From contig CAKKNE010000005.1 in assembly GCA_918797485.1 (NCBI GenBank), positions 1,550,001 to 1,614,000 of the forward strand: a stretch of 64,000 nt of DNA, in the 5' to 3' direction. A program made the position numbers and the translations under genes. The notes below the pieces were generated by a model. That model made no database searches and had not been told where the DNA came from. It saw only the letters and a program-made list of their open reading frames with translations. Positions 42,780 to 54,747 of this stretch are shown piece by piece (within the stretch, counting starts at the first letter, position 1; the number at the start of each line of letters is the position of its first letter). This DNA is from Pelagomonas calceolata. Taxonomy: Eukaryota.

Positions 42780-45700
42780 TAGTACTCCTGGAAGGGGAAG
42801 GTCATCAAACCTCGTTGTAGGTCACAGTTGATGGTTCTGATTTTATAGCCTGGGCATTTTCCAATAGTATCCTTTGACCATGTCTTAGTGGCAATGCCGA
42901 CGAAAGGACAAACTATTGGGATTCAAGTGAACTGCTGCTGTCAAAGTCCACCGTGACGCTTTTACGTCGTTCACTCCAAAATATGCCCTAGACAGCAAGT
43001 AGTGTAGGTCGGCTCGGCTGTTCTGAGTCGAGTCTTGCGTTGTCGGTGTGCTGTTTGTACTGGCAGTATATTCTGTTGCCGCTTCTAACCATCGACCACG
43101 CGTGCAGTTGAAATTTCCCAAATTAATTCTTGCATCTACGGTACGTGTTGTGACACCATCTTGCAATCGTTCAAAAATATGAGCCGCATCGTCAAGCTGA
43201 CAAAGTCCCATCAATACAACTCCAAGGGCTCGCGCAGCCTGAAAAGTGTGGTCATGAGATGTAAAGTTGCGCAAATAGACGACGCTAGCTGTTGAGATAT
43301 ATTTTCTAGAACCACATCACATGAGGCACAGGCTTTCAGGGCTGCGAGGGCACGATCGACGGCAAGTTCAATCCCATGAGGGTTGGTGAAAAGGTGAAGT
43401 TTGCTTATAGCAACATTTGAATACAGTGGTGAAAGGAATTTATCTTCATTATCTTCACAGAGTCTTTGAGAGTCTCCTAGTAAACTACGGGCCTTACCAA
43501 ACTCTTTCAATTCGACCCAAATACCGCCTGAAAATACAAGTGCATCAACTATGTGCGCTCGGTTGCTGCCCTCGAACAACCCTGATGAGGCAGTGTTGTT
43601 CAATTTTTGAAGGTGATCAAAGGCGAGTGAATTGACTTCATCAAGATATATACGGCATTGATCCAATTTTCTGGTAATGAGGGCTAGTCTCGCACCTAAC
43701 AGCATCCCGCGAATGTTGGTAGGTACTATCTGTATTGCATTCGTGGCGAGCTCGCCAGCAGTGATGACATCACCAGCTGCGACATGGAGCTGTGTAAGGT
43801 TGGCATATACAGACGCAATTGCTTTATCAGTACAATGTTGCTCAAGTGCTTGAATGTGGTAAATTTTAATACTTTGTATTTTGGCTCCAGAATAACGACG
43901 CAACGGCTCAGAAAGTGCAATAGAAAAACTCTGCCCACATGAATGCAAGGTGCTGAGATCTCTTGTGTTTTTTATTTCATCGGTGATCTCCAGTGCGCAG
44001 ATGCCCCTTACTCGAACGATGCAGGCATCATCACCATTTCCAATGCGAATGCGCTCACCTATGCGCAAGGCAAGAACGGTATGACCAGTCGTCCACAATT
44101 TGCAACAATCGACTGAGTCTAGCCATGCTTCCCCATCCACGCACTTCCAGATTTGACACGACCTTGCGTTTTCACGAGGAGATTTGGCAAGACCGACAGC
44201 GAGTAATACATTAGGATCAATTTCCATATCTTCATAATGAACTTCACCAATGAAGTGAGTGCGTCTGCTGCAATCACGCAGGGCTGCCAAAAAGGCCGCC
44301 TGGGAAGAAACTATATTATGGAGCTCAAATTGAAGCACACCAGTGTTGTTTGACACTTGATATGGAACTGGAATGCCACGATCACGCAGAAGGTCGGCAG
44401 CAGTACAATACGCGTCAACAACTCTTGCAATCACAGCCGGGTCGCGACTACCCATTATAACTCTGCGTTCTAACGACATAGCCAATGCAAGCCAAGTGAG
44501 ATGGTTATCAGCGTCTGCGGCAACAGCAAGACTTAAGACTTCGTGAGAAGTGTGGAAAGCGTGTGATTCGAGACGCAAAATCCCAGCCAATTGGAGGACC
44601 TCGGGTGCGTGAGGCGCTAACGCAAGGGCAGTCTCTGCCGCTTCAAGGGCCATTGGCAAATCACCCAATGCAGCCTGGACCTAGGTCAAGCGCACCATGT
44701 CAAAATTACTGACAGGGCAAAATATCACGCCGAGTACTACTTGTGCAAGGCGATACTGCGCCAAGGCAAAACTTGGCGACAATTTGCAGGCTTGTGTATA
44801 GTAAGGCATCGCTACCTTCATGTTGCCACTTGCATGGTGGCTACGACCCAAAATGAAGTAGGCCTCGGCTTGAATTTCAGGCACCGTGGTGCCTGGATTG
44901 AAATATTCATGGTCGTGGACTAGTAGACACAGGAAACCACAGTGATATGCTCGGCTTGCCAATTTTTCAATCTCAGGGGTGCGTATGATTCGTATTGCTA
45001 CTTTATGTATCTCATTTTTTGAAAGCAATGGTAATGTGGAACTTAACTTCACTCGCCACCAATTCTTTGAGCCAGGTTCCAGTGTTATTTTCAAAACTCG
45101 GGTTTCAAGTGCTTGTTTGTTATTTTGCTCGAACGCTACCCTGATATGTGCGTCAGACTTGAGCAGTGCTCTCGGGTCAGTGTAAGACAGAATGCATGCA
45201 ACATTCGATTGGGCGTAGCCAACGAACAAGGCTTCTTGGTGCTCCCAGAACATGTAGTTGGCGTGATGATTAAGGGCAACAGAGTATGCAGGATTTAAGT
45301 CTCGTGCGCGAATAAGCAATGGTGTCGCTTCATTCCAGACCCCCTGCCTACTCTGGTGCGGATCTTGCAGCACTGCCTATTTGATTTTGAATATATTAAG
45401 TATCGCATACTCGGCGCAGGGAACCTGCTGACTTTTTAATGCAGTTCTCCCCAATGCCAAGTTCACTTGCACGTATGAGTCGCAGAAACGCAGTTGCCAC
45501 TAGAGCTGGAACGCATCTTGGAGAAAGAGCAACAGCACGTTCGAGCGCAGCGAGGGCAGTATTCGTATCTCCAAGGTGGTAAGCACAAAGCCCAATGCCA
45601 ATACGCACACTTGAACCTGCTGCTCTGGGGTCGGAGCGCAGAGCACGCGTGTATAGTTGTAGTGCATCGGCATATCTCTTTTCATGGAACAAAATTGCAG

Positions 45701-46295
45701 CCTTCACAAGCCTGGCACTACACGAGATCTCGTTGCTGTTGCGAAGTAATGAATCAGCGTAATATGTCGCATTTTCCAATGCTCGCGCATCACGATGATA
45801 CTCAGATATCCAGAAGATAGATTTTATCAGCCAGGTCTGTGGGCTCGCGTCAGAAATTTTATCAGCGCGCCCAATATATTCAAGAACTTTTTGTCTCCAC
45901 GCCTACATGCATAGAAGTCCCCCTTCATCCCACTAAATATTAGATGGACTCGCCTCCCGTGCATCTGTCCGCAACTCGCGTATGAAGTTGTTGGTAGCAG
46001 AGGCCGCTAGTAAGTTTAACACACGTAACCGCCCAGCTTCAAAAACTCCTGGTTCTCTTCGGTAAAAGTCTTGCATCTCATACACATCAAACGCTTCGAC
46101 GACGCCAAGTAAAACTTCGCGAAACTGTTCTTCGCGGCCCTGGTTGTGGTAGGCCACCGCGAATTCGCACCATGTGCGCAGGGGTGCCAATTCGGCACGC
46201 AACAGGTTGATCACGTCGGTGGACACGTCCGGCAGCTCGTCGTTGAAGATTTCCACAGTGCTAGTGGAACCGCGCACCGGAATCACAATCGACAT
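42780..46295 (-). CDS. CTR9: CTR9-like TPR protein (Paf1 complex), multi-exon; 3' end approximate
   Basis: N-terminus IPVRGSTSTVEIFNDELPD..DVINLLRAELAPLRTWCEFAVAYHNQG. TPR segments VRIGIGLCAYHLG, ALNHHANYMF, AEAYFILGRSHHASG, NNTGVLQF. Confidence 0.75.
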
Positions 46296-46705
46296 ATCAA
46301 CTACACCACTATTCGCCTCCAAGTATTATTAGAACAACTTTTTAACGCTGACGAGCTTGCGCTTTTGTTTGCAATAATACCAAATTTACGAGGAGCACCC
46401 CCTCCCCCACCAGCCCCACGGAATGGTCCGGGGATGTGTGTTACATTGCTCGCCGAGTCACTCTCAATTGATTCAACATTCCCGCGGTGGCTGCGATAAA
46501 TAGGCGAAATACCCCCCCCTATCCTATACCCTTCCTATACACTTACATCACCCGGGCCCTTCAACACGCAACGCGTAATAAACTGCAATGGAAATACACG
46601 TCTAGTAGGATCCCAAGGTTCAACTGAGACGTATCCAAGCACAACCCGTACTTGTATTACCCGCCTAGGCTACTTCCCATCCTAGGGTACTCCGATATCC
46701 CCTTA

Positions 46706-46806
46706 GTATACACCGCCTGAATACCGGCCACGGGTCGCGCGTCGAAGTAAGCAAGGCGAAACGCGCGGCAAGGACGACCAGGCCGGCGGCTTCCTGATGA
46801 GTACAC
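46706..46806 (+). ncRNA. Hammerhead-ribozyme-like RNA with non-circularly permuted core (copy 1)
   Basis: GTCGCGCGT-C (46734-46743) pairs with ACGCGCGGC (46761-46769) after CGAA. GAAGT (46744-48) pairs with GCTTC (46789-93), immediately before CTGATGAG (46794-46801). Confidence 0.75.
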
Positions 46807-47564
46807 GGGCATAATCATTTATATCAATAGCTATAGTTGGCGCTCGGGGATTCACTTCCTCCCAAGAAACTGGCTATTAACCCTTAAAAAAAACCAAAAA
46901 AAAATATCGGGTTTTAAAATCGATGGTTCATTTTGCCTAGGCGGTCGAGACGGTATGGGTTTTGCCAACCTTTTTTTAGAGCGCCAAAAATAAAATCAAC
47001 GTCGACTATTGCGCTCGAACCCCCCTATGAATTTCGAAGTCTCCACGCAGTATTAAGATTCGCAGTAGCTTAAAGAGGACTCATGGAGGGTGTGTCCACA
47101 TCTTAAATTACCCGACTTGGGGTTGGGCCTAGCTCGCCGCTAGGGTTCTAACCCTAGCCTAGCCTAACCTGCACCCCCGTTATGCAAGCGACTGAGCAAC
47201 TTTCAAACTTAGTGTTTTTGCAATTCAATTTTTCTTCAAGTTGAACGAGTTCCTTGCGCGCTGTTTCAATGCCGGACAAAATCAAATTTTTCATAGAATT
47301 GCCTTCTGCTCGCTTCACGTGCTTGTCCAGTTCAGCGTGTTTCTCACCGTAGAAGATGGCTGATTCTCCGATAATGCTTCTCACCTCCCACTAATTTCTC
47401 GCGCACCGCCTTATCTGGCTAACTCGGCTGTCCCTGAGCGTTCCAATGGCTATGGTGTTTCTTGGGCTGGCCCGGCGTGGCCCCATTGCCCTCAGGTGCC
47501 CCCGTTAGGCCGAAACGGCGTGACGGAGAACCAACTTCACCGGGCCGTAGCTCGCGCGCGAATC

Positions 47565-49547
47565 CTAAATAGATCCACTCGTGGGGACGCCCTGGCGAGT
47601 TGGCACACCAACATTTACTTTGTGTATAGCCCGCCCTGGAAAATAGGGACAGTCGGCATTTGCTTCGATTGCCAGAGCCTGCTTTGTAGCCTTCAACAAT
47701 TGTTTTTTGAAAGGAACAGCAGTGCTTGATTCAAGTTCGCTTGCTGAAGGGCTTAGCATCACTTTTGATCGCATGAATATCTCCGCTACCTCCGCTATAT
47801 TCAATTCAGCATTGCAGAGAAGCACGACAGCCGCAGTTGATAAGTTGTCACCCTCCCACACCCTAGTTCTGTGCTCATAGACATCAAGCACAATATCTAG
47901 CGCTTTAGATAAGCACTTATTTCGGCAGTTCAGTGGTTCTTGGTTGTATAGCAAAATAAGAATCGTGAGAATAGGTCGAATTGCAACTGTCTCTAACTGC
48001 GATGTGACGGAACTTAGAGTAGCACTTACTTGAAAGAGCAATTCTGCGCACCAGGGACCATTTGGCCTCTTAATTGCATAATTCCGCTCGTTCGATAAGT
48101 TTGCGCGTGGGCTCCGGTGGCCTATGGGACACACAAAGCAAGTGATGAATAAGTCCAATGCATCAGATAATGAGAGGGCAGGAGCGTGACAATTGATAAG
48201 CACGAAGGAAATGCGCACAATTGCTTCAACAAACTCCCTGTATGATAGTGATCGACCAGCAAGTTTCACTCTTGCTTGCTTATGGCTTGAACTGAGAGTG
48301 CCTGCATTGAGTGGGCACCGCCACCCCGGGCTGTCGCTTTGCTCTGTATCTTTACATTCGCTTCTATGTTGCAACATGGCAGAAGCGACTGTGCTTTTGT
48401 GTTGGCGGAACAGCCTTTTTAGGATGCTCTGGACTAAACTTTGAGATAGAGTGGGGATGATCTTAGTGTCTTTGCAGAAAAGCAGAAATGAAGATGAGGT
48501 CATTGTGGGTAAATGTCCGCCAGGCCTACCATGTTCTAACAAAGAATACCTGGAGTATGCTCCTCTCAAATCAGAATTGTGTCGCAGCACTATTCTCTGA
48601 AGCCGCAATTGTTCGTGCTTAGCCAATGCCGCATCTTTGCCAACTTGGTCTTCAAGATGCAGATATACTTGAGATTCAGCCGCACAGGAAGCAAGCTCAG
48701 GTTCCGATTTTGTAAAGCTTTGTGAAATCCGATCCGAATGAAAGGTGCCACTACACAAGGCGCCATCATCTCGCATAACTACTCCCATTCCTTCTTTTTG
48801 CCCCTGAACCCAATCGCCCAAATAACGTGCACCATTTGCATAAGAAAAGGTACCTATTCCGTGCCTTTGGCCATCTTTCCATTGACCAAGGTAACGATTA
48901 CATCCTTGCTGGGCAGATTGGGCTGTATGTCCTTCAGCCAGATCAATCCAGATATGCTCACCATTGCCGTTTTGTTTATCATCACACCACTCACCCTCAT
49001 AGTATTCCAGTCTATGCCGCCACAGCATTAATCCCGCACCACACTTAACATCCTGATTCCACCCCCCCTCATAGTAATTGCCGCTTTCATACTGCATTGT
49101 GCCATGGCCACTTCTCTTATTGCAACTCCATTCGCCTTTGTAGTAGCAGGAACTATCTATGTTGTAATACAATATTCCTGTACCATGCATGGCCCCGTTA
49201 CACCAATCTCCCTTGTAGCAAGGGATTCCATGATTCACGCCATGCATTACACCATATCCATGACAAAGTCCGTTCAGAACTGAACCCTTGTAGGAAGATC
49301 CATCGGGCCAGATGTATTTTCCTTTACCTGTGATAGTATTGCGTGTAAACTCGCCCACAAATTTCGTTCCGTCCGGCCAGGTGTAGGTCCCAACCCCATG
49401 CATCATTCCACCAAAGAAGTCCCCCACATATATTGTTCCACGCTCGAAAAAAGCGACCCCATGTCCCTCGAAGTTGTTAGCTCGCCGGCGCGTATGTCGG
49501 TGGCTCACTAGCACCCGGTCTGCGACGGATGTGCGCAGATCGCGCAT
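47565..49547 (-). CDS. MORN-repeat protein, radial spoke head 10 (RSPH10)-like
   Basis: About ten MORN repeats (YxGxWxxGxxHGxG), followed by LRGAYSRYS and LSYREFVEAIVRIS segments. Confidence 0.8.
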   Translation of the reverse strand: MRDLRTSVADRVLVSHRHTRRRANNFEGHGVAFFERGTIYVGDFFGGMMHGVGTYTWPDGTKFVGEFTRNTITGKGKYIWPDGSSYKGSVLNGLCHGYGVMHGVNHGIPCYKGDWCNGAMHGTGILYYNIDSSCYYKGEWSCNKRSGHGTMQYESGNYYEGGWNQDVKCGAGLMLWRHRLEYYEGEWCDDKQNGNGEHIWIDLAEGHTAQSAQQGCNRYLGQWKDGQRHGIGTFSYANGARYLGDWVQGQKEGMGVVMRDDGALCSGTFHSDRISQSFTKSEPELASCAAESQVYLHLEDQVGKDAALAKHEQLRLQRIVLRHNSDLRGAYSRYSLLEHGRPGGHLPTMTSSSFLLFCKDTKIIPTLSQSLVQSILKRLFRQHKSTVASAMLQHRSECKDTEQSDSPGWRCPLNAGTLSSSHKQARVKLAGRSLSYREFVEAIVRISFVLINCHAPALSLSDALDLFITCFVCPIGHRSPRANLSNERNYAIKRPNGPWCAELLFQVSATLSSVTSQLETVAIRPILTILILLYNQEPLNCRNKCLSKALDIVLDVYEHRTRVWEGDNLSTAAVVLLCNAELNIAEVAEIFMRSKVMLSPSASELESSTAVPFKKQLLKATKQALAIEANADCPYFPGRAIHKVNVGVPTRQGVPTSGSI

Positions 49548-50768
49548 AGCTATACTCTGTCTAGGCGTTACGCAATTAAAGATACTACTGCGTAGACCGT
49601 GCCTGGGCCTACGACAAGGCTACGTGTATGCAGGAACATGGGGAAATTTACCCGCGTACCCCTCTCTTGACATTATATATGTATGATTCCAACCCGAGTC
49701 CCGGGCCTCTGGGGGTGGGGGGCTGATTTCAGTCGGACTCCGAGTCGCCCCGGGCCGGGCCGGGTCCGAGTCACCGTGACCGTGACGGCCCGGGCCCGGG
49801 TCCACTGGCAGATTTATACCCCGGCCGGGCCCGGGCCTGGGCGGGGGTCCGGGAACTTCGTGTGGGAACTCCTCTTGGGGCCTAATAGGGCTCACCAACT
49901 TTTGGTGGGGATTGGTACGATCTCACTGGCAGGCTCAACCGTTGTGACCGCTGCCACTGGCAGTGGCAGGCGCTACTAGCTGTTTCTGGTGCTCCGTCCG
50001 AGTCCGCAGCCCAGACGCGGATGCGGCGGGGGAGCACCCCGAGGACTATGCGGACGCGATAAGCGCTTGGCATTTGAGGGGGGCTGCGCATATAGAACGC
50101 AGGCGCTGAACTCGCCGGCCTTTCTCCTAAGACGGCAAATCGTTATGAGCGGACGATGAGACCAGAAGCGTGATAATGAGGTCGTATGGGACCATAGTAA
50201 GCGCTCTGTGGCCTTATTTTTTCAATTTGGACCGAAGGCCCCGCGAAGGCATCCCGAGCGCCGTGTACGGCGGGGTAAATGGGGGCGCTACGGGGTTGCG
50301 GACCTCCGTAGCGGCCTCAGACCCAACCGAGGTGTTATGTGCAAAGTACGAGGCAGCCTGCCTGGGCCGGGCCGGACTACTGCCGAACGAACTACTCTCG
50401 CACCGCGGCGGTCGCCGAGAGACAGTAATCAATCTGTTTTTCTTGTGATGAGGTCACCTCCCGACGCCTCAAAGAGACCTCAGGTCACATGCCTGAGGGC
50501 CAGTGAGAGAATCCCCGGCCCACGGCACGAGACCTCTACAACCGAAAGACTAATTCAAGTTACTAGTAGTTGACCATTAAGCCATACCGCCGCCGCCGCC
50601 AGAAGTCAACACTGCATACGTGACCTGCAGTACAAGAAGAAAATATCGAACGCGGCGGCATGCGCTTGCACGCGCGAAGTGAAAAACCCGTAATCAACCT
50701 TTGTGAGTGCGCTGCTTTGCAACCGCTAGGTCGACGCCCACCCTCGTCCGGAGTTGACAACCGGTCAG

Positions 50769-52091
50769 ATGTTGAGATATTTCCTATTGCTCGGAGGTAC
50801 AGAGTGTCTTGTACCCCCGTATGTGTCACAAAGGTCGAATGATGTTGGTCTCGTATCACAGCGAAATTGCCGGAAGCGCAGTAGCGGCCGAGTAGTCTTA
50901 CTTGGGAGTGGAATACCTCCTGAGTATCCGACACACGACGGTCCTGTAGATTCGGGCGGTGGCCCAATACTCAAAGGAGTGATTCTAGGTGGTGGATCAT
51001 TCGGCTTGGCAATGGCGCACGTGCTTGGCCGTAAGGGTGTTGCTGTAACGCTACTAATGCGAAATAGGTTAGATGCTGAGACGATAAACATCAACCGTCG
51101 GCACCCCAGATACCTGAGTGACATCGAGGTACCTGTTCCCACGTGCGCAACAACTGATGAAAAAGAGGCTTTGCGAGATGCAAGCTTCCTAGTGCACTGC
51201 GTTCCAGTACAACACTCTCGACGGTACCTGCGGAAAATTGCCAAGTTGGTCCCAACTGGAGTACCTGTGCTCTGCACATCAAAGGGCATTGACCGGAAGA
51301 GCCTTAATCTCATGTGCAAAATCTTGCCATCACAGCTTGGTGAAGGCCGGAGCTATGCGTTTCTCAGCGGACCATCCTTCGCACGTGAGATCGCCGAGGG
51401 ACTTGCTACGGCCGTCGTCGTAGCGTCGGAAGACCGCCGTGTTGCCTTTGACTTCCGTGACCTTCTTGCTTCCGAATCATTTCGTGTCTTCACATCAGCA
51501 GACGTTGTTGGACTGGAGGTGGGGGGCGCCGTCAAGAATGTCCTTGCGCTCGCAGCAGGCATGTGTGAAGGGTTGGATCTCGGGACAAATGCGGTTACCG
51601 CGCTTGTTACGCGGGGTCTCTATGAGATGCAGCGCATTGCGCTGGCTATGGGCGGCCGTGCGTCAACTATTGCCGGTCTATCCGGTGTAGGTGACACATT
51701 TGGTACATGCTTTGGTCCACTAAGTCGAAACCGTAATACTGGCGTTCGCCTTGGACGCGGCGAGCGCCTTGATGACATTCTCGCCGATATGGGTGAAGTT
51801 GCAGAAGGCGTCGAGACCGCCTTCGCCCTTGAGCGCCTCATCAAGAAATCGCACAAATCTTATCGTCTTGACCTCAAGTTCCCCATCATATTTGGTGTAG
51901 CTGAGATCCTCCGTGGTGATCGCACTCCTCGAGAAGGACTCGAAGCCCTCATGGGATTGCCACTGCGCCCTGAATTTATTGCGCCTGTATCTGATGCACA
52001 AGCCAATCGACGGAGACCTCTCATTGTTGTTTCAGACTATGAAATCGGTGATTCAGACGAAGATGACCGGGATATTGACTTCGCCGACTGA
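50769..52091 (+). CDS. NAD(P)H-dependent glycerol-3-phosphate dehydrogenase (GpsA type), probably plastid-targeted
   Basis: LGGGSFGLAMA, TSKGI, LSGPSFAREI, GGAVKNVLALAAG, GLSGVGD, SRNRNTG, VAEGV. The N-terminal extension resembles a signal plus transit peptide. Confidence 0.93.
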   Translation: MLRYFLLLGGTECLVPPYVSQRSNDVGLVSQRNCRKRSSGRVVLLGSGIPPEYPTHDGPVDSGGGPILKGVILGGGSFGLAMAHVLGRKGVAVTLLMRNRLDAETININRRHPRYLSDIEVPVPTCATTDEKEALRDASFLVHCVPVQHSRRYLRKIAKLVPTGVPVLCTSKGIDRKSLNLMCKILPSQLGEGRSYAFLSGPSFAREIAEGLATAVVVASEDRRVAFDFRDLLASESFRVFTSADVVGLEVGGAVKNVLALAAGMCEGLDLGTNAVTALVTRGLYEMQRIALAMGGRASTIAGLSGVGDTFGTCFGPLSRNRNTGVRLGRGERLDDILADMGEVAEGVETAFALERLIKKSHKSYRLDLKFPIIFGVAEILRGDRTPREGLEALMGLPLRPEFIAPVSDAQANRRRPLIVVSDYEIGDSDEDDRDIDFAD

Positions 52092-53442
52092 GTTTGGACT
52101 TCGTGAACTTGAGCCCAGGTATTTACAATCTAGCATGTGCTTCTTCTACATACTCGCAGGCACCCCTTGGGTCTGACATAAACTTCAGATTACTAGAAGT
52201 ATAAAGCTTCACGATTACTCGCACGGTCACGGCGCTAGTAGTAGTAGGCCCGAGCGGTCCGAGCTTGATGGATAACTTGGAATTTGAAATTCTCAAGTGG
52301 CGGTGTCCAGAATAAAGTACGCGCTCGATACCGCACTGGCCTCGACCCCCTCGGGCCCCCTCTAGTAGGGGGGGATACCCAAAACTCAAATTTCTATGAC
52401 TCCTCCCGGGACCCCCAGCGTCGTCACCATGCTTTAGAGGGACCTTAGTAAGCTGGGTTTGACCCAGGGTTGATAACAAACGGATCGGATGGCGCAAAGT
52501 TATGGGCGGTAGACGCCTACATTTTTTATACGCGTTTTCGTCAGGAGGCCGAGCGCGGTCAGTGATGATACCAGGCGCTTTCGATACGGTCGTAGTGACT
52601 GGGAAAGTATGCCTGGTCTCGTGACGCCGCGATTGTGACCGTGAGTGAGTCGATGACAATCTCGGCCGAGAACGTGTTCGGGCCTAAGGCGCGTTCCACA
52701 AGGACAGGGGCGTCTCACGTCGTGCGTGTCGACCGGGGAGCCACGCGCGAATGCGCTGAGGTAAGAGAAACGCAGTCCCGTCGCGTCATTTGCCGATACA
52801 GCTGCCCCATGCTGCAAATGGGGCTGCTGCGGGCCGCGGCTGGCGCAACTGACGCGTTCGCAGCGTCCGCAGCATCGCAGACCGACGCCAGGCCACGCGC
52901 AGACGCCTAATGTGCGCTCTCCCGCCCCGCCTTTAGCTGGCAAAGCCCTGAGTGCGTCTCCTCAAGGGAGTGTCGCCAAATTTACCAAACTGTCAGATTA
53001 GTTTGGACCAGCGGGATTTTGTAGGAAGGACTCCTAGTGGGACCCACCTTGACGCTCCATGGCAATATTCCTGCGGTCCAAACTCATTGCCTCCCGCCAG
53101 GACTCCCAAAGTTCGCTAGAGCTAGCGTAAAATACCCGCACGTTACGACCACTGCCCCCCCTACCTCTACCTAACGTCACGGTGCCAGTGTGCCTCAGCC
53201 TGCCAGTCACGGTGAGGTTACTAGTACTAGTAATAAAAAAAGGAAGACCTAAAAATGAACAAGCTCCTAAGAGCCTTCTCCCTGATCAGTCAGGATACCC
53301 AACCGGCCCGGGAGCTTCCGAGTCGAAATAAGGTGAAGATAAATAACTTGAAATAACACTGGCAGGAAAGGAAGACTCCGAGTCCGAGTCATGACGAGCA
53401 ACACTGGCAGTGGCACCGACAACCTGCTGAAGCTATGCCCTA

Positions 53443-54747
53443 TTAATAACCATAGAAATTACAGTAAGGAAACAATGACAATAATGCGGGTGCGAGAAGT
53501 TTCCTTTCCTGCCTTGAATCAACAAGCCTGGCCACATTAGTTGCGAGGCGCTTTGTGGCATTTATAGCAGGGGTATTGAACTGCAGCAGCGCAGACGCAC
53601 AACTTGCAAGGAGCGAGTAGGAAGAAAAAAACACAGCATTTTGGAGTTCAGATTCTAGAAGCATATCCCCAATTTCACATGAAACTCCATCAACTCCACG
53701 ATCGAATTCAGACACAATAAGCATTCCATGGGTAGCGTAGGTGAGGAGCCTGAGCACTTCAACAATGCGACGTCTCTGATGTCGGTGAATATTGATACCG
53801 ACGGTGGCTTGTCCAAGAATGTTGTCTCTCGCTTGATGAAAGTAGCCTTCGGCGATGACTGACCTCCACCCAGCATTCTCAAGAATGGCCAAGACCCGTG
53901 CTCGCCTTGTGATTGTGATCCCGCCGATATGAATGAAGTCAACATTGCCTCGGAAAGAAAAATTCCTCTCCATTGGCTGCGTGGAGACACCTATAGGTTT
54001 AAGGAAGTTACAATGTCGCCCTGCCCTTTTTGCGAGGTCGGCATTTTGGTACGAGTACTCAAGCCATGGATAGCTCGCGCCAATGGGATCAAGGGCAACG
54101 AAAGCCCGGTAGTCATCTACGGTGACACCAAGGAGCGCCCTTCGTGGCGGCATTACTAATGCAGCCTCTCTGGCAAGTTTCCCGGCCACTACCACAGCTT
54201 CATCTCCTTGTTGGTCTTGAGCCGCTATTTGTGCAGCAACGAGAGCTTTTGGCTGCGAGCATAGTATGAGTTGTTCTAAATTTACGAGAACAGCAGTTCG
54301 AGGAAGAAGGTTTGCCCAAGTCCTATTCATTAAGTTTGCATTCAATACTAAATGCTGGCGCTCAATACAGTCGGGCACAAAATTCAAGCATGCTGAAGCG
54401 TTGGCAACTATAATGTCCTCAAAACCAAGGGAAGCGAGGCCTGTTTTGAGAGATACACTCACGTCATCCAAAATATCATTGCAGTTGAAATGATCAAGAC
54501 AGGTTATGGCCCATGTAGCAGGACAGTTCTTGGAGCTTCGACTCAGTCTCACAGCGTCGCCTGCAAGTGAATCATCAACAACACAACTCTGTCGCAGTGT
54601 GCGCAAATAATCTCTCTGATTCATGCGCATCGACTGGGCTGTATCAGGACCGACCCCAACCCTGGAAAGCTCGCATGCCTGGCCATTTGCGAAGTGTACG
54701 GCCACGGCGAAAATCGGAACAAGGTTACTAGACCCTATGATTGACAA
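53443..54747 (-). CDS. Hypothetical protein with a glycosyltransferase-like C-terminal domain; start uncertain
   Basis: 434-codon ORF in low-GC DNA. NLEQ, WLEYSYQN, RRARVL and INIHRH...EVLRL...LIVSE resemble GT-B-like (glycosyltransferase 1-like) motifs. Confidence 0.6.
   Translation of the reverse strand: MSIIGSSNLVPIFAVAVHFANGQACELSRVGVGPDTAQSMRMNQRDYLRTLRQSCVVDDSLAGDAVRLSRSSKNCPATWAITCLDHFNCNDILDDVSVSLKTGLASLGFEDIIVANASACLNFVPDCIERQHLVLNANLMNRTWANLLPRTAVLVNLEQLILCSQPKALVAAQIAAQDQQGDEAVVVAGKLAREAALVMPPRRALLGVTVDDYRAFVALDPIGASYPWLEYSYQNADLAKRAGRHCNFLKPIGVSTQPMERNFSFRGNVDFIHIGGITITRRARVLAILENAGWRSVIAEGYFHQARDNILGQATVGINIHRHQRRRIVEVLRLLTYATHGMLIVSEFDRGVDGVSCEIGDMLLESELQNAVFFSSYSLLASCASALLQFNTPAINATKRLATNVARLVDSRQERKLLAPALLSLFPYCNFYGY

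Noticed and set aside
43582..43590. CTGATGAG (also CTGACGAG at ~46348)
   Set aside because: Isolated core-like words without pairing stems or GAAA. The first lies antisense within CTR9 coding sequence.
46584..46685. 102-bp repeat as a Helitron (ends in CTAG, has an internal hairpin)
   Set aside because: Lacks the 5' TC start and the A|T insertion site, and the hairpin is not subterminal.
47154..47384. 76-codon coiled-coil-like ORF downstream of the MORN gene
   Set aside because: No ATG start or recognisable domain. It may be a further exon, but I cannot support that.
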